The position numbers and the translations under genes were made by a program. The notes under the pieces were generated by a model. It searched no databases. It worked only from the letters and a program-made list of their open reading frames with translations, and was not told where the DNA came from. From the NCBI RefSeq assembly GCF_009914755.1, contig NC_060932.1: 64,000 nt of DNA. One strand, given 5' to 3'. Source of the DNA: the human T2T-CHM13v2.0 reference genome, Homo sapiens. Shown here piece by piece: positions 32,742 through 58,187 of this stretch; position 1 is the stretch's first letter, and every line of letters begins with the position of its first letter.

Positions 32742-33275
32742 CTAAATTGTTTTTTAAAATGTTGTAAAAAGTCATTTATAGCAATTCCTTTTTCTCCCTA
32801 TATATAGGAAACCCATCTTTTATACTTGTCCATTATTGTCATAATTTTCTCCTAGCCCCTATAGATACATTAATTAAATTAATTCATGTTGTGGCAAAAC
32901 AATATTATACATTTGCAAGTACTGAGTAAAGAATAGCAATTTCTTCTTTCTAGGCTACTAAACAAAAATCTTCCTTTTGGGGAAACCACTGTAGCTCCTG
33001 CTTCAGGTCAGGATCTTCAGAATTAAACAGAAAAGAAAGATGTTATTTCTCAAGTTTTTTTTACATAAAAACAGGAAATATAGAACATATTGGGAATACA
33101 CTAGCTCTTATTCTACTTTTATTGTACTTATTACATAGTATGTAATTACTAGTTAACACGTTTGTTACCACCAAGATTGTGAGATACTTGAGAGCAATGG
33201 TCAGGTCATTTTCATCTTTGTATACCTAGCCTAAGCAAAGAGCTGACACAGTATCCAAGAAGACAGAGAGAGTGA

Positions 33276-33301
33276 GTGTGTGTGTGTGTGTGTGTGTGTG
33301 T
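33276..33301. repeat. (GT)n microsatellite
   Basis: Direct reading. Confidence 0.95.
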
Positions 33302-34399
33302 AGTGTGGGAGGGTAGGTTACAGAGAGATAGACACTTGAGTGTCAGCTGAGTGATGAAATAGTCTCAAAATATTATTCATCTAGCTTTCTGTCAAATAGG
33401 TAAGCACAACTTATAACCCAGAAAAAATTTAAAAATTATATCTAACTTATACCTTTCATAACCAAGATATACTTGAAAAGGTAATAAAACCTCTACTAAA
33501 TAAAAGAACTGGCAGCACTTAATAACCAGCAGCTGCTGGGCATGGTGGCTCATGCCTGTAATCCCACTTTGGGAGGCTGAGGCGGGTGGATCATGAAGTC
33601 AAGAGATCATGATCATCCTGGCCAACATGGTGAAACCCCATCTCTACTAAAAACACAAAAATTAGCCGGGGGTGGTGGTGTGCACCCCGGGAGGCTGAGG
33701 CATGAGAATTGCTTGAACCCAGGAGGCAGAAGTTGCAGTGAGCCGAAATCACGCCACTGGACTCCAGCCTGGGCAACAGAGCCAGACTCCGTCTCAAAAA
33801 AAAAAAAAAAACAACAACAACAAAACAAAAAACAAAAAAACACCAGCAGCTTATGTCCCCAGCCAGCAAAGTTAGAGAGAATGGTATTCATATATAAATG
33901 AGATTTCACAGCACTTACAAAAACTTTTAAGATGAAAACAAATGTTAAAAGTATTCTCATCTAGACTGAGACATACAGGAATTATGTTAGTGTTTCCGTA
34001 TACTTCTCAAAGAGCTTATTATTATTATTTACTTATTTATTTATTGAGATGGAATCTTGCTCTGTCACCCAGGCTGGAGTGTAGTAGCATAATCTCAGTT
34101 CACTGCAACCTCCACAACCCCCACCCTCTGGTTCAACCGATTCTCCTGCCTCAGCCTCCCGAGTAGCTGGGATCAACCGAGTAGCTAGCACAACCTGCCA
34201 CAACGCCTGGCTAATTTTTTGTATTTTTACTAGAGACGGGGTTTCACCATGTTGGCCAAGCTGGTCTCAAACTCCTGACCTCAGGAGGTGATTTGCCCAC
34301 CTCAGCCTCCCAAAGTGCTGGGATCACAGGTGTGAGCCACCACCCCCGGTCTCAAAGAGCTTTTTAATGATGGTATTTCACCAAGAACATAAAGTATTC

Positions 34400-35420
<1,021 letters not shown>

Positions 35421-37523
35421 AGTATTCTTAAAAAGATCTGGAGGTTTTTCTCCCTTTAAGAATACAAATGTCCTAGAATAGGGCTAAGACAGATTAATTC
35501 ATTCACTAGCAAGAATTATTCTCTTAATTGTTCTAATGTGTCAAAAGCAAAGAACTCCTGCATTTAATACTTTTCAGGTTTGATACTACCAAACTTAATA
35601 TTTCTACAGTTTTTAGCCTTTTGAGTAATTTATAGTAAATATTAAAAGAATCGGTTTATTAAAAGGGCAACAGATATTTAAGATATACCTGATTAAAATT
35701 CCAAAGCCAATCTCCAAGAAGTGCATTTGACTCATAGTAAGATACAAAAGAAAGCTAAGTGGTTAGCATATAGTAGATGCTCAGTAAATAACTGGAGGAG
35801 GAGCAGGAGAAATGAAAAGTCAGCTTACTGCAAAGAGATGTATGAGCCTATAGATATTCTAGGAATTTTAATTTATAAATCATTGCCTTCCTTTTATCTT
35901 AAATTGCTGATGCAAATAATCTATTTTGGCAATGGTCAAATTCTATCCAAAGAGCTGTGAGTGCTGCTGGTATTAAATTTAAAATGTCAGAAGGCTAGTA
36001 AACAAATGGACAAGGACTTTAGGTATTTGAAACCTATTACAAATATACTTTTGTTTTTGTCTTTTTTTTTTTTTTTCAAACAGAGCTGCACTCTGTCCTT
36101 TAGGCTGGAGTGCAGTGGCTTCATCACCACTCACTGTAGCCTCCACTTCCCAGGCTCAAACAAACCTCCTAGGACTACTACAAGAGCATACTACCACACC
36201 CAGCTATCAAATTATAATTTTTATTCCACTTATATGTTCACCAAATGACCCTGACTCACTGCAGAATTTTTAAATGCTTTCAAATCATTGTTTACTTGTC
36301 TAATCCCCAATTAGTCTACATGACCCTATGAAGGCAGGAACCATACTTGACCTTTTCAACATTCTTTCCATCCCTAAAGCCTAGTACAGTGCCTGGAACC
36401 TATTAGGCACTCAATCAATATTTGCTGAATTAATGATGAATTTTTAAAATAAACAGCAAAACACTGAAACAGCCTAAATCAATCAGGTAATTCCATACAA
36501 TGGAATATTATGCAAACGTTAAAAATTATGGGATAAATATATACATTTACTTGGTTAAATTAAAAAAGTGTTATAAAATAATAAAGTGTGGTCATACTCT
36601 TGTTTTATTAATGTATACGCATAAATAAAAACTCTAGGAAGCTCTAAAGGAAATATGATTGTTCACAGCAGTACATGGAGCTAAATGACAAAAAGACTTG
36701 ATCAACCCTACTACGTACCCTTTAACACAGTATTTTGAAAAAAAGACTAGAAGATGTGCGTGTGTAACATGCTTTTGGGCAGAAAATTAATTAAATCAAG
36801 TAAACTAGAATTTGTTAATGAATCTAACCAAAAAGTGACTAAAAATAGAAGAACATAACTAAAAAACCCTGGAAGTTACCAATATTTTAAAAATCGTATT
36901 TCTAAAGAACTTGTCAGAAATCTGTATCTGCCTAAAATGCCCATCACTGTTCCAAGGTATTTCAAAGGTGGTAAGATATATGAAAGCACAGTAACTAGAA
37001 CACTTCCCAGTCCTATTCATTCGTGAACTACTACCACAAATACTATTATTAGAATAATAGCAGCAACCAAGCACACAGTACTTGAAACTCAGACAAGCCC
37101 CTTTAATTACATCATCTCTTTCAGCTTCACAATAACAATTTGGGGTGTGTTTTATGATCTCCTTTGCATAGAAAAGGAAACTGAGCCTTTTCCTAATTAG
37201 TTTCCTAAAGAGGTACCCTGATTAGTTTCCTAAATATTATCATGAAAGTGCTTCAGTATATCAAAATATTAAAATTATTTTATTCTAATACATGTAACCA
37301 TGACTGAAACTACTAAAATGTATATTTCAGTATTAAGAAAAGTGTTCCGACAGGGCGCAGTGGCTCACTCCTGTAATCCCAGCACTTTGGGAGGCCGAAG
37401 GTGGGTGGATCACGAGGTCAGGAGATCGAGACCATCCTGGCCAACATGGTGAAACCCCATTTCTACTAAAAATACAAAAATTAGCTGGGCGTGGTGGCGC
37501 AAGCCTGTAGTCCAAGCTACTCA

Positions 37524-37679
<156 letters not shown>

Positions 37680-38230
37680 CTAGATGCTATAAAGTTAAGA
37701 ATTCAAAACAAGCCAAGCAAGGGTTTATTTACAAGTTAAAGAAAAAGGTGAACACAAATTCAAACTTGAAAATTAGGCCAGGTGTGGTGGCTCACGCTTG
37801 TAATCCTAGCACTTTGGGAGGCCGAGGTGGGGGGGAGGGGGGTGGATCACCTGAGGTCAGGAGTTCAAGACCAGGCTGGCCAATGTGGTGAAACCCCATC
37901 TCTACTAAAAATACAAAAATTAGCTGGGTGTGGTGGCGGGCACCTGTAATACCAGCTACTAAGGAGGCTGAGGCATGAGGATCACTTGAACCCAGGGGGT
38001 GGAGGTTACAGTGAGCTGAGATCGCGCCACTTCACTCTAGCCTGGGCGACAAAGTAAGACTCCGTCTCAAAAAAAAAACAAAAAAAAAACCTTGAAAATC
38101 AAAAGATAAAGCTTTGTATCTGTTTCAGTAAATATCTTTTTTTAAATGTTAAAAATCAAAGTGATAAAAATCATAATTTGTGTTTTATTAAAATTAGGAA
38201 AATTATTAAAAATAAAATGAATATACATAC

Positions 38231-38345
38231 CACAATTTTAAGAGGTCCATATTTTTTCTCCTGAGCAGCAAGCGCATTCTTAAAAGGAGTAGGAGTTCTT
38301 GGTGTGGTACCCAGTATAGATCTTCTAATAGTAGGTGTTCTAAAC
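38231..38345 (-). CDS. MYBL1: Exon 12: conserved TPTPF region (FRTPTIRRSILGTTPRTPTPFKNALAAQEKKYGPLKIV)
   Basis: gatag|G and GTG|gtatgt; 115 nt; Myb-family PRTPTPFK motif. Confidence 0.96.
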
Positions 38346-38802
38346 CTATCCAGTCATTTAGATATTTATGTTATAGTCACGATCTGATTTCATACAAGTT
38401 AATGAAAGCAAAGCAATTTAAGCACACGCTAAATTTTCTTACACATATATATATGCTTCATTTAAACATTCTAAGACTATTTTAAAGTATGCCCACCTAT
38501 GGTAATTCTGATTTCAATCAATCATCTTAAAATAGAAAAAAAGAATTAATATAGAAAAAAGTACTAGAAATGTTTGAAAAAGTACTAGAAATGATTGAAA
38601 TCAAAGTTTGACACTATATTTCAGTTGGTTTTCACTGTCCTAAGGAGAAAACATAAGGTTATGATTTAAAAAAAAAATTCTGGCCGGCCACAGTGGCTCA
38701 CACCTATAATCCCAGCACTTTGGGAGGCTGAGATGGGCAGATCACCTGAGGTCAGAAGTCCAAGACCAGCCTGGCCAACATAGTGAAACCCCATCTCTAC
38801 TA

Positions 38803-38996
<194 letters not shown>

Positions 38997-39112
38997 CTAA
39001 GTCCTGTAGGAATAGGAATTATGATACTTGCTATTTATATGCACAAAAAGCTAATCTACTTTAACACTGTGCTCCCCATTTTCTCTAACACAATTATTTA
39101 ATACCTACTTAC

Positions 39113-39255
39113 CCTACATTTTCCTTTTGATCTTTGGGAGTTGTTTCCTTATGAAGAGGAGTTGTAATGAGAGCTTTCTGCCCACAAATAGGGGTTGATG
39201 TAAATGAAGGATTTTCTATATTAAGTTGTTCATTACCAGGACATGTGTTGAAAAA
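39113..39255 (-). CDS. MYBL1: Exon 11 (FFNTCPGNEQ...FTSTPICGQK...QKENV)
   Basis: ttctag|TTT and GG|gtaagt; 143 nt, ends in phase 2. Confidence 0.95.
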
Positions 39256-40642
39256 CTAGAAAGGGAAGAGAGTTTAAAGACGACTTCTAGAACATCAAAA
39301 TCCCTACACAAATATTAAACTGATAAGATTTTCAAATTATTTCTTCATACCTCTTAAAAAAAGCTTATGAATAATATTACACTTATACTCCATGGAAATT
39401 ATGCTCCATGAGGGTAGGAATTTTTGTCTGGTTTGTTCATTTTTGTCTCCCCAGCTCTTAGAACAGTGTTTAGCACATATAGGAATTCAAGAAACATTTA
39501 ACAAATATTCAAAAGTTACAAAAAAAATACTAAAAATTTAAAAAACAGTATATTATCAAATAGAGATCTATAGAAACCATAAACAGCTGCTGTGTTAAAT
39601 GTAACAGTTTTGTACAACAGTGTGTAACTGAAAAAACAAGTTTTTTAGCTCTTATTAATAAATGACCTTAAGTGGCTTTTTCTATGAGAGTATTTTAATT
39701 TAGAATATAATAATAATGCTTTGCTGATAAGAAATACAGCTGTCTGGCAAATTTGCCTATCTAGAACACAGAACAGAACCTCTAAGCAGTCAAAACTGGC
39801 ATAACAGAGTCCATTTTCTAAATTATATAATTTACAATTGTGAAATACTAATTTATTTTTGCAGTCAAAAGATTAGAAACAGTGATATGAAGCCATAGAA
39901 ATGGCTTCAAAGCTACTTATAACTAGAATGAAGTCTAGCTCTGTCACTTCTGGCTCTGAATACTTGAATTTATTTTACCCTAAGATTAGTAATCAAACCC
40001 TCTTTTACACGATAAAATCCAAGCAGTTTGCCATGGGAAATAAGCATCTTTCAGCCACTTCTACCTTAGAATTCACACTTCAACAAAAATTGCTAGCATG
40101 CAAAACTCCAGAATAGAAAACTGCTAGTATGCCCAAGCCTACTTCACTTTCTCCAGTGCTTTTTAACTCTGAGAGCAGGGCTGGGAGTGAACAGACTATT
40201 CACATTGTAGTCTACAGAAATGGCATCCCCTGAAGCATGGGTGCACAATTTTTAGAGATCTGTGTTCTGCCAGATCCTGCTTATCTCCCCAGCCTCAAAA
40301 TATACCTCCAATAATATCCCAGCATTCTCCATGTTTGTTTGACCATTAAACTCCCTTCTTCCTCCTTAAACTTTGTAGCCTCTGCCAAACACTTTCAGAA
40401 AACATCAGCTTCATCTCTTACTAACTGTTGCCTTTGACAAGTGGCTCAACTTCAGAATTTTATTCCACCTAACTCCTTTTGAAAGAGCATTAACTGAGAT
40501 GCTATAAGAAGATTGTTTGGAGGCTGGGAGCAGTGGCTCACGCCTGTAATCCCAGCACTTTGGGAGGCCGAGGCGGGCAGATCACCTAAGGTTGGGAGTT
40601 CAAGACCAGCCTGACCAACATGGAGAAACTCTGTCTTTACTA

Positions 40643-40801
<159 letters not shown>

Positions 40802-41755
40802 TCAAAGAAAAAAAAAAAAGCGTTTGGCAAACAGCCTGGAGCATAGCAAGTGTTCAATAGGAAACTGTCCTAACATAAACATCTACTGTCCAGGGATATT
40901 ACAAGAGGAGAAAGTAAGTAGGTAGTTCTAGACATCCTTAGGAAACCTCTTGACACATTAAATTCTTACAGTAAGCAATTATCTAAGTTTCTTCCAAAGA
41001 ACATTAAAAGGAAAAACCTCAGTGGGCAAACTAAACAAATTACTCTAAATAGGTAAGGCCACTTTAATCTTTATCAGGTATATCTATCGAACAGTAGTCA
41101 GTCAGGAAACCGGATCTTAGTCTCAGCCTTGCATTAGATAACTTTGGGCAAATCAATGTTACCTTTCCGGGCTTGTTTTCTGATGAGTTCTATAAAGATA
41201 TGGGACTACAAGATAAAGAAAATGTCCCTCTAAAAACTGTAGTATAATATCATGTAGAACCGGGAGCAGTGGCTCACGCCTGTAATCCCAACACTTTGGG
41301 AGCCAAGGCAGGTGGATTACTTGAGCTCAGGAGTTCAAGACCAGCTTGGGCAACATGGTAAAACCCCATCTCTACAAAAAATACAAAAATTAGCTAGGTG
41401 TGGTGGCACGCATCTATAGTCCAGGCTACTTGGGGGGCTGAGGCGGGAAGATCACTTGAGCCTCGGTGGTTGAGGTTGCGGTGAGCCGTGTTTGTGCCAC
41501 TGCACTCCAACCTCGGCAACAAAGTGAGTCCCTGTCTCCAAAATATAAATAAATAAATAAATAAATAAATATTTGCAGCTACTACATTTTGTGAGATACT
41601 TTCTATTCTCTCAGAGTTCAGTATTCTCAAGTATACATTTAAACACATTATTTTTATATGTTATCAAAGCTACCAACTGCTAGTAAGGATGTTAAAGATC
41701 TAATTTAATGTAACTCATTGACATTTAGAAACATAAACAAAATGAACACCACTAC

Positions 41756-42124
41756 CTGTGAAGGAGAAAATGGTAGTGTTTTCAGTGGTGTATGTTTTAG
41801 CGCCATATTACCACCATCGTTCAATGAGCCATCCCTAAGTTCGCTGCCTGGGGAATGACCCACTCGCATTTTTCTCTTCTTTCTGAGGATGGCTGGTGGA
41901 GTGCTAAACTTGGCTATATTTGGGGATGTTAAAGGAACAGCTTCACTGTTGCCACCATTACAAGTGTTTTTTTTCCCTTCAAGTACAAGACTGACGTTAA
42001 ATTGGCATTCCATGGCTCCTTCATTGTGCTGAATTCTCATTAATTTAACTGGGGTGGATTTGATAGGAGAAGCAGCAGCATCAGAAATATCAAAACTGGT
42101 AACGTCACTCCATGCTACAGGATC
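41756..42124 (-). CDS. MYBL1: Exon 10 (DPVAWSDV...STPPAILRKKRK...TPLKTLPFSPSQ)
   Basis: ttgcag|GAT and CAG|gtagtg; 369 nt; ends in the conserved LPFSPSQ; overlaps ORF 41705..42130. Confidence 0.96.
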
Positions 42125-42545
42125 CTGCAATAAATTAAACTGTTAATAAAGTTAATGCTGTAACCTAGTTAAATCTGCTCTTGAACACAGGATGATGATT
42201 TCCACAGAGTTAATTAACAACTCATTTTATCAGTAAAAATGCTTTCCTTGGACATTTTTTTTAAGCAAGACCATTTAAGAGGAACAGATTATGGCTTTCC
42301 TATGATTCCAAAATACATAATAGTTCATCTAATTCAGTAGTTGAAGCTTACTGTCAAAGTACTTTAAGAACAAATGATAAGTTATTATCAAAAATTAAGT
42401 TATTATCAAAAAGTATATTTCGTCATAAAACTTCACATTCTACTGCACATCAGGAAGACACCATCAAATTCTGCATAATCATTTGGTAATGTGTATGGAA
42501 CGTGTTAAAAATGGTGATATACTTTGATCCAGAAATTCAATTTAA

Positions 42546-45018
<2,473 letters not shown>

Positions 45019-45089
45019 TGAAAAAGTAGACACTACCTAAATGTCCAATAATAATAGTTGGGTAAATATATTTTCTTATATTCATTTGA

Positions 45090-45296
<207 letters not shown>

Positions 45297-45881
45297 TCAG
45301 AAGGCTGAGGCAGGAGAATCGCTTGAACCCAGGAGGCACAGGTTGCAGTGAACTGAGATTGCACCACTACACTCCAGCCTGGGCGACAGAGTGAGATGCC
45401 ATCTTAAAAAAAAAAAAATCAAGTTTAAAAAAGGAAACAGAAACATGCTCATGACAGGGTGGAAAACAAAAAAAAATCCACAAATATAATACAGAAGTGT
45501 ATTTTTGGGTTTAAAAATATAATGTTTTCTGAGTATAGAACACAGACTGAAAGGAATACATCAAATTATTAACTCTGGGTTTATGAAGGACTTTAATTTT
45601 CTTTTTTATAGTTTTCTCTAGTTTCCAGCTTTCTCTAATGCACTTGTATAACTTATATAATAAAAAATGAATTAAGTTTTTAATTTTTAAAAATTCCTCA
45701 CAAGGCACATACTTGAGAAAAATTTAAACTTTTTTCCCCTAGAAGCCACTGCAAAATATCAGAACAAAATTAAGCATGGCATACAAAACATAAAACTGGT
45801 CAATGTCCAAAACTGAGTTTCTGAGCATGAAATCATATAACTAAAATTGAACTTTTGATAATCTTACAATTTTTTACTTAC

Positions 45882-46115
45882 AGATTCAATAAGTTCTAGA
45901 GTCTCTGCAAATTCTGGGATGGTCTGCAAAGAGGATAACACAGCGTTTGCCTCCACGGCCAGGAACTTTGTGGGTGAATTCTGCTGAGCAGACACAGGCT
46001 GATTTTCATCCATACTGTAAAACTCACTAGTGTGCTCGTCAAGGCTATTTAGAGTATTAGACATGTTATCATCCATGAGGAAACTACCAGACCAGCTAGA
46101 AAAACTTCCAGGCTG
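45882..46115 (-). CDS. MYBL1: Exon 9 (QPGSFSSWSGSFLMDD...IPEFAETLELIES)
   Basis: tttag|CAG acceptor and TCT|gtaagt donor; 234 nt; contains the Myb FAETL motif; overlaps ORF 45864..46076. Confidence 0.96.
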
Positions 46116-46592
46116 CTAAAGGTACAAAAGAAATTTGAATATTATTTGTCATTCTCAATGTAGGCATAAATTCAGATTTCAACACATTTCAATTAGGCTA
46201 AAAACATAGTAGCAAATATTTTGTCTTTCCTCAAAATTGGTATACTTTTTTCATTAAACTTCATGCTTTGACTATGTTTCTTTTTTCTAATTAAAATTTT
46301 TAATCTATACAATCATGATGAGATAAAACAAGCATTTACATACAACATAAAGTCCAAACTCTTAGAATCTGGCTACTCCCTTCCTTCCAAACTTCATTTC
46401 TCAACACTTCTACTCAAGAGCTATATATTTAAACCTTATCATGTGTATCTATTTATTCCTGGTAGTTATCAGAAATACCCAACTATAGCACTTGCAATTC
46501 CCCAGTGAATTATATACTCTTTTGACCTGGAGTGCCTTTGCACATATTGCTGCTCCCTCTATCTATTAATAAAATGCTCTGTAACCTACTGA

Positions 46593-46847
<255 letters not shown>

Positions 46848-47094
46848 TGATCCGCCCACCTCAGCCTCCCAAAGGGAAGCTATTCTTAAGACACAGTTCA
46901 AATACTGGAAAGTACTTCATCTGATTATACACTTTTATCTGCTTCATTTATAATAATGTCCTAATTCATTTATCTTGCTAATATATAATCATTGTCCTTC
47001 AAGGCTGAGTTCACTTAGGACTTCTAGGAACCCTTCCCTGATGACAACAATCTAAATCAAGCACCTCTCCTGTATGTTACCATAAACTTTGTGA

Positions 47095-53128
<6,034 letters not shown>

Positions 53129-53364
53129 CCTTGTGCCTTATTTTATCATATACTATCCTGTTTCTTGTGTAGGTTCCCACTGCAGAGTAAAACCTGAAGT
53201 CAGAGACTATGTCATTTTTCTTTATCTCTTTAGAAATGTACACTAGGCAATTTACTTATCTTGCAAGCCTAGTTTTCTAGTGTTTTATAATTAAAAAATA
53301 AGAAAAGAGGCCTTGAAGAGTTATGAATGAGAAACAACATGTAAAGTGTGTAGCATTTTTCATG

Positions 53365-54187
<823 letters not shown>

Positions 54188-54661
54188 TGATTAGTTTTTG
54201 TATTTTTTGCAGAGACAGGGTTTCGCCATGTTGCCCAGGCTGGTCTCGAACTCCTGGCCTCAAGTAATCTGCCTGCCTCAGCCTCCCAAAGTGTTGGGAT
54301 TACAGGCGTTGAGTCACTACATTCGGCCCTAAATGTGAACTCTCTAATGAAATTCTACCCACTTAACAGAGTTAACATCAGGATTACCAAGCATACATAT
54401 AAAACATTCACAAGAGTAGAGCTCAATGGATACTCAGTAAAATGGCAGTCAATATTGTCACATAACTGTTTAGGAAAAAAAACTTTAGGGAGGGCACGGT
54501 GGCTCATGCCTGTAATCCCAACACTTTGGGAGGCCAAGGCAGGTGGATCACGAGGTCAGGAAATCAAGACCATCCTGGCCAACATGATGAAACCCCGTTT
54601 CTACTAATAACACAAAAATTAGCTGGGTATGGTGGCACATGCCTGTAATCTCAGCTACTCA

Positions 54662-54775
<114 letters not shown>

Positions 54776-56509
54776 TTAAAAAAATGCTTCATATGGGTAT
54801 GGAGTCTATTCTACTGGCTGCAGCAACTTCCCTCTAGATTTCAGAATATACACTTATTCAACCAAATCTTTATGAGAACAGATTTTAGATAGTGAGTTCT
54901 AAAAAGAAAATAACTTTCTTCCTTTTTAATGCAAAATATTCATTCCTTTAGTTATATTTTTCCTGTTAAATTAAAAAAGGGTAAGATTCTATTAAAAATC
55001 CAAAATGGTTTAAACATGATATAATCATCTACAAATGCTGATTCTCTAACCATAATTCTTTGTGGCTTTTTTTTTTTTGAGACAGGTTCTTGCTCTGTCA
55101 CCCAGGCTGAAGTGCAGTGATATGATCATAGCTCACCGCAGCCTCAAACCCCTGAGCTTAAACAATCCTCTCCCTCCTCAGCCTTTTGAGTAGCTGGGAC
55201 TACAGGCACGTGCCACCATGCCTGGCTAATTTATTTATTTATTTTTAAGATGGGGTCTTGCTCTGTTGCCCAGGTTGGAGTGCAGGGGTGTGATAACTGC
55301 TGACTGCAGCCTCGACCTCCCAGGCTCAAGTGATCCTTCTGCCTCAGCCTCCTGAGTAGCTGGAGCCACAGGCATGTGCCACCATGCCTATCTATTTCTT
55401 TTTAAATTTTTTGTAGAGATGGGGTCTCACTATGTTGCCAAGGCTGGTCTCAAACTCCTGGGCTTAAGTGACCCTCCCACCTCAGCCTCTCAAAGTCCTG
55501 AGATTACAGGCATGAGCCACCAAGCCCAGTCTATTTGTAGCTTCTTAACAAAACAAATTAACTTTAAGGTAAGTATATGTCAGGTCTTCCTAGTTGCTCA
55601 TGGTTTTTGCAGTTTCAAAACAGAAACTGCAACATAGGGAAATCTCGTCTCTACAAAAAGTATTTTTTTTTATTAGCCAAGTGTGGTGGCACACACCTGT
55701 GGTCTTAGCTACCCAGGAAGCTGAGGTGGGAGGACTGCTTAAACCTAAGAGGCTGAGGCTGCAGTGAGCCATGATCGTACCACTGCACTCCAGCCTAGGC
55801 AACAGACCAAGACCCTGACTCAAAAAATCCCAAAAAAACAAAAAACAGAAATTGCTTTTCTTATGGTATATATCTTGCCTATTATAATCAATAAATATCA
55901 TTTTTATTAATATCCTCTTAAGTAGTATAAAGACATCACCAGTTGCCTCATAATACTATTTCAAGATCTCAGGTTATCTTCTTAGTAATTTTGCCTGAGT
56001 TCCCAGTCACTCTCAATATTCTGTCCTCTCATTCAGTCCCAAACAAAAAATAAACAAACAAACCCTTTTCTAAATGTAAAAAGGGGCAAGGAATGGTGGC
56101 TCATGTCTGTAATCCCAGTACTTTGGGAGGCCAAGGTGGGCAAATCACTTGAGGTTAGGTGTTCAAGACTACCCTGGGGAATATGGTGAAATGCCATCTC
56201 TACTAAAACAATTTTAAAAATTAGCCGGGCATGTTGGTACATGCCTGTAATCCCAGCTACTCAGGAGGCTGAGGCAGGAGAATCACTTGAACCCAGGAGC
56301 CTTCTGGGTAGTTAGGACCACAGGTGTGCACCACCACACTTAGCTAATCAAAAAAAAAAAAAAAACTTTTTGTAGGGCCAAGATTGCACCACTGCACTCC
56401 CGCTTGAGTGAGAGAGTGAGACTCTGTCTCAAAAAAAAATAATACTAATACTAATAAAAATAATAAGGCTCAAGGCATTATTTTAAATTTTTAAAAATGT
56501 TATTTAAAG

Positions 56510-56805
56510 GAAGGGTAGGATGAAGGGAGGGACAGGGAAATATATGTTAAAGAATACAAAATCACAGCTAGATAGAAGGAACAAGTTCTAGTGTTCTATA
56601 TCACTGTAGGATGACTACAGTTAACAATATTAAATAGTTTCAAATAGTTAGAAGCAGGGATATTCAATGTTCCCAAGACAGAGAAATTATAACTAATTTG
56701 AGATGATAGATATGCTAATTACCATGATCTGGTCAGTATACATTACATGTACAGAAACATCACTGTGTACCCCACGAATATGTACAATTATTTCCCAATT
56801 TAAAA
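56510..56805 (+). mobile_element. L1MA-type 3' end fragment
   Basis: cagctagatagaaggaacaagttctagtgttctata...tgtacaattat; same family text as 52850-53100. Confidence 0.8.
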
Positions 56806-58187
56806 ATTTTAATTTGGTTAGGTGCGGTGGCTCACGCCCTAATCCCAGCACTTTGGGAGGCTGAGGCAGGAGGATCACGAGGTCAGGAGATCGAGATCAT
56901 CCTGGCTAACACGGTGAAACCTAGTCTCTACTAAAAATATAAAAAATTAGCTGGGAGTGGTGGCAGGCGCCTGCAGTCCCAGCTACTCAGAGGCTGAGGC
57001 AGGAGAATGACGTGAACCCAGGAGGCGGAGCTTGCAGTGAGCCAAGATCACGCCACTGCACTCCAGCCTGGGCAACAGAGCAAAACTCTGTCTCAAAAAA
57101 AAAAAAATTTTTTTTTAATTTAAAAACCTAAGAAAAGTTATTTAAATATAAACTTGTATCTTTCTTTTAACCAATCTAGCATAACCTGCTTAATTCTACT
57201 AGAATGATTACCTTTGATCCTAACTTAACACTCCTAGTTAGTCTCATCAGCCAAATCTTACACAATAGTTTTCACATGTGGTAACCAACACCCAACATCT
57301 ATATAAAATTTCTTCTTTTAGAAGAATTGTTTAGAGAGCATAAAATCTAAATGTTCCTTTTTCCATATATTTTTAGTGTTATTACTTTTTTAAATTTACT
57401 GAACTCATATTCTAAATCTAGTAAATAGGAAAAAATTTTCAAAGAGAATAAAAATAATTTTGGAGCTCATAAATCCCTCTACATCTATTCAATTCTTTAT
57501 TTTAAAAAGAATTAAACCCATCATTACATGGAATGTCTAAAATAAAGCCAAAGCCTAATCTAAACACACATAATTTTCACAAATATATATGTGTGTATAT
57601 TTATATATATATACACACATATATAAGATTTTACTTTACATCTGCTTTGCATTTATGACTCAAGAAGTATCCTAATACAGAACATTGTAAATTATGCTCA
57701 AAGAAATGCATATCAAAATCAGGCAACCTTGGGCCAGGCACAGAGGCTCACACCTATAATCCCAGCACTTTGGGAGGCCAAGGCAGGAGAATCACTTGAG
57801 CCCAGGAGTTTGAGACCAGCCTGAGCAACACGGTGAAACCCCATCTCTACAAAAATAAAAAAAAATTGTCAGGCATGGTGGCAGGCACCTGTAGTCCCAG
57901 CTACTTGAGAGGCTGAGGTGGGGCATCATTTGAGCCCAGGAGGTCAAGGCTTCAGTGAGCAGTGATTACACCACTGCATTTCTGCCTGGGTGACAGAGCA
58001 AGACCCTGTCTCAAAAAGAAAAAGAAAAAAACAGGCAACCTCAAAGTTGCAAATTAAAAAAAAACAAAACTATTTTTACTCCATATTAAAATCTGCAGTC
58101 ATACTGAGTATGCTTTCTAGCTGATAAAAATGACAAAAAGCATATATGAAAGATTCTAACAATACAAATAACAAGCTTATTTCTTAC

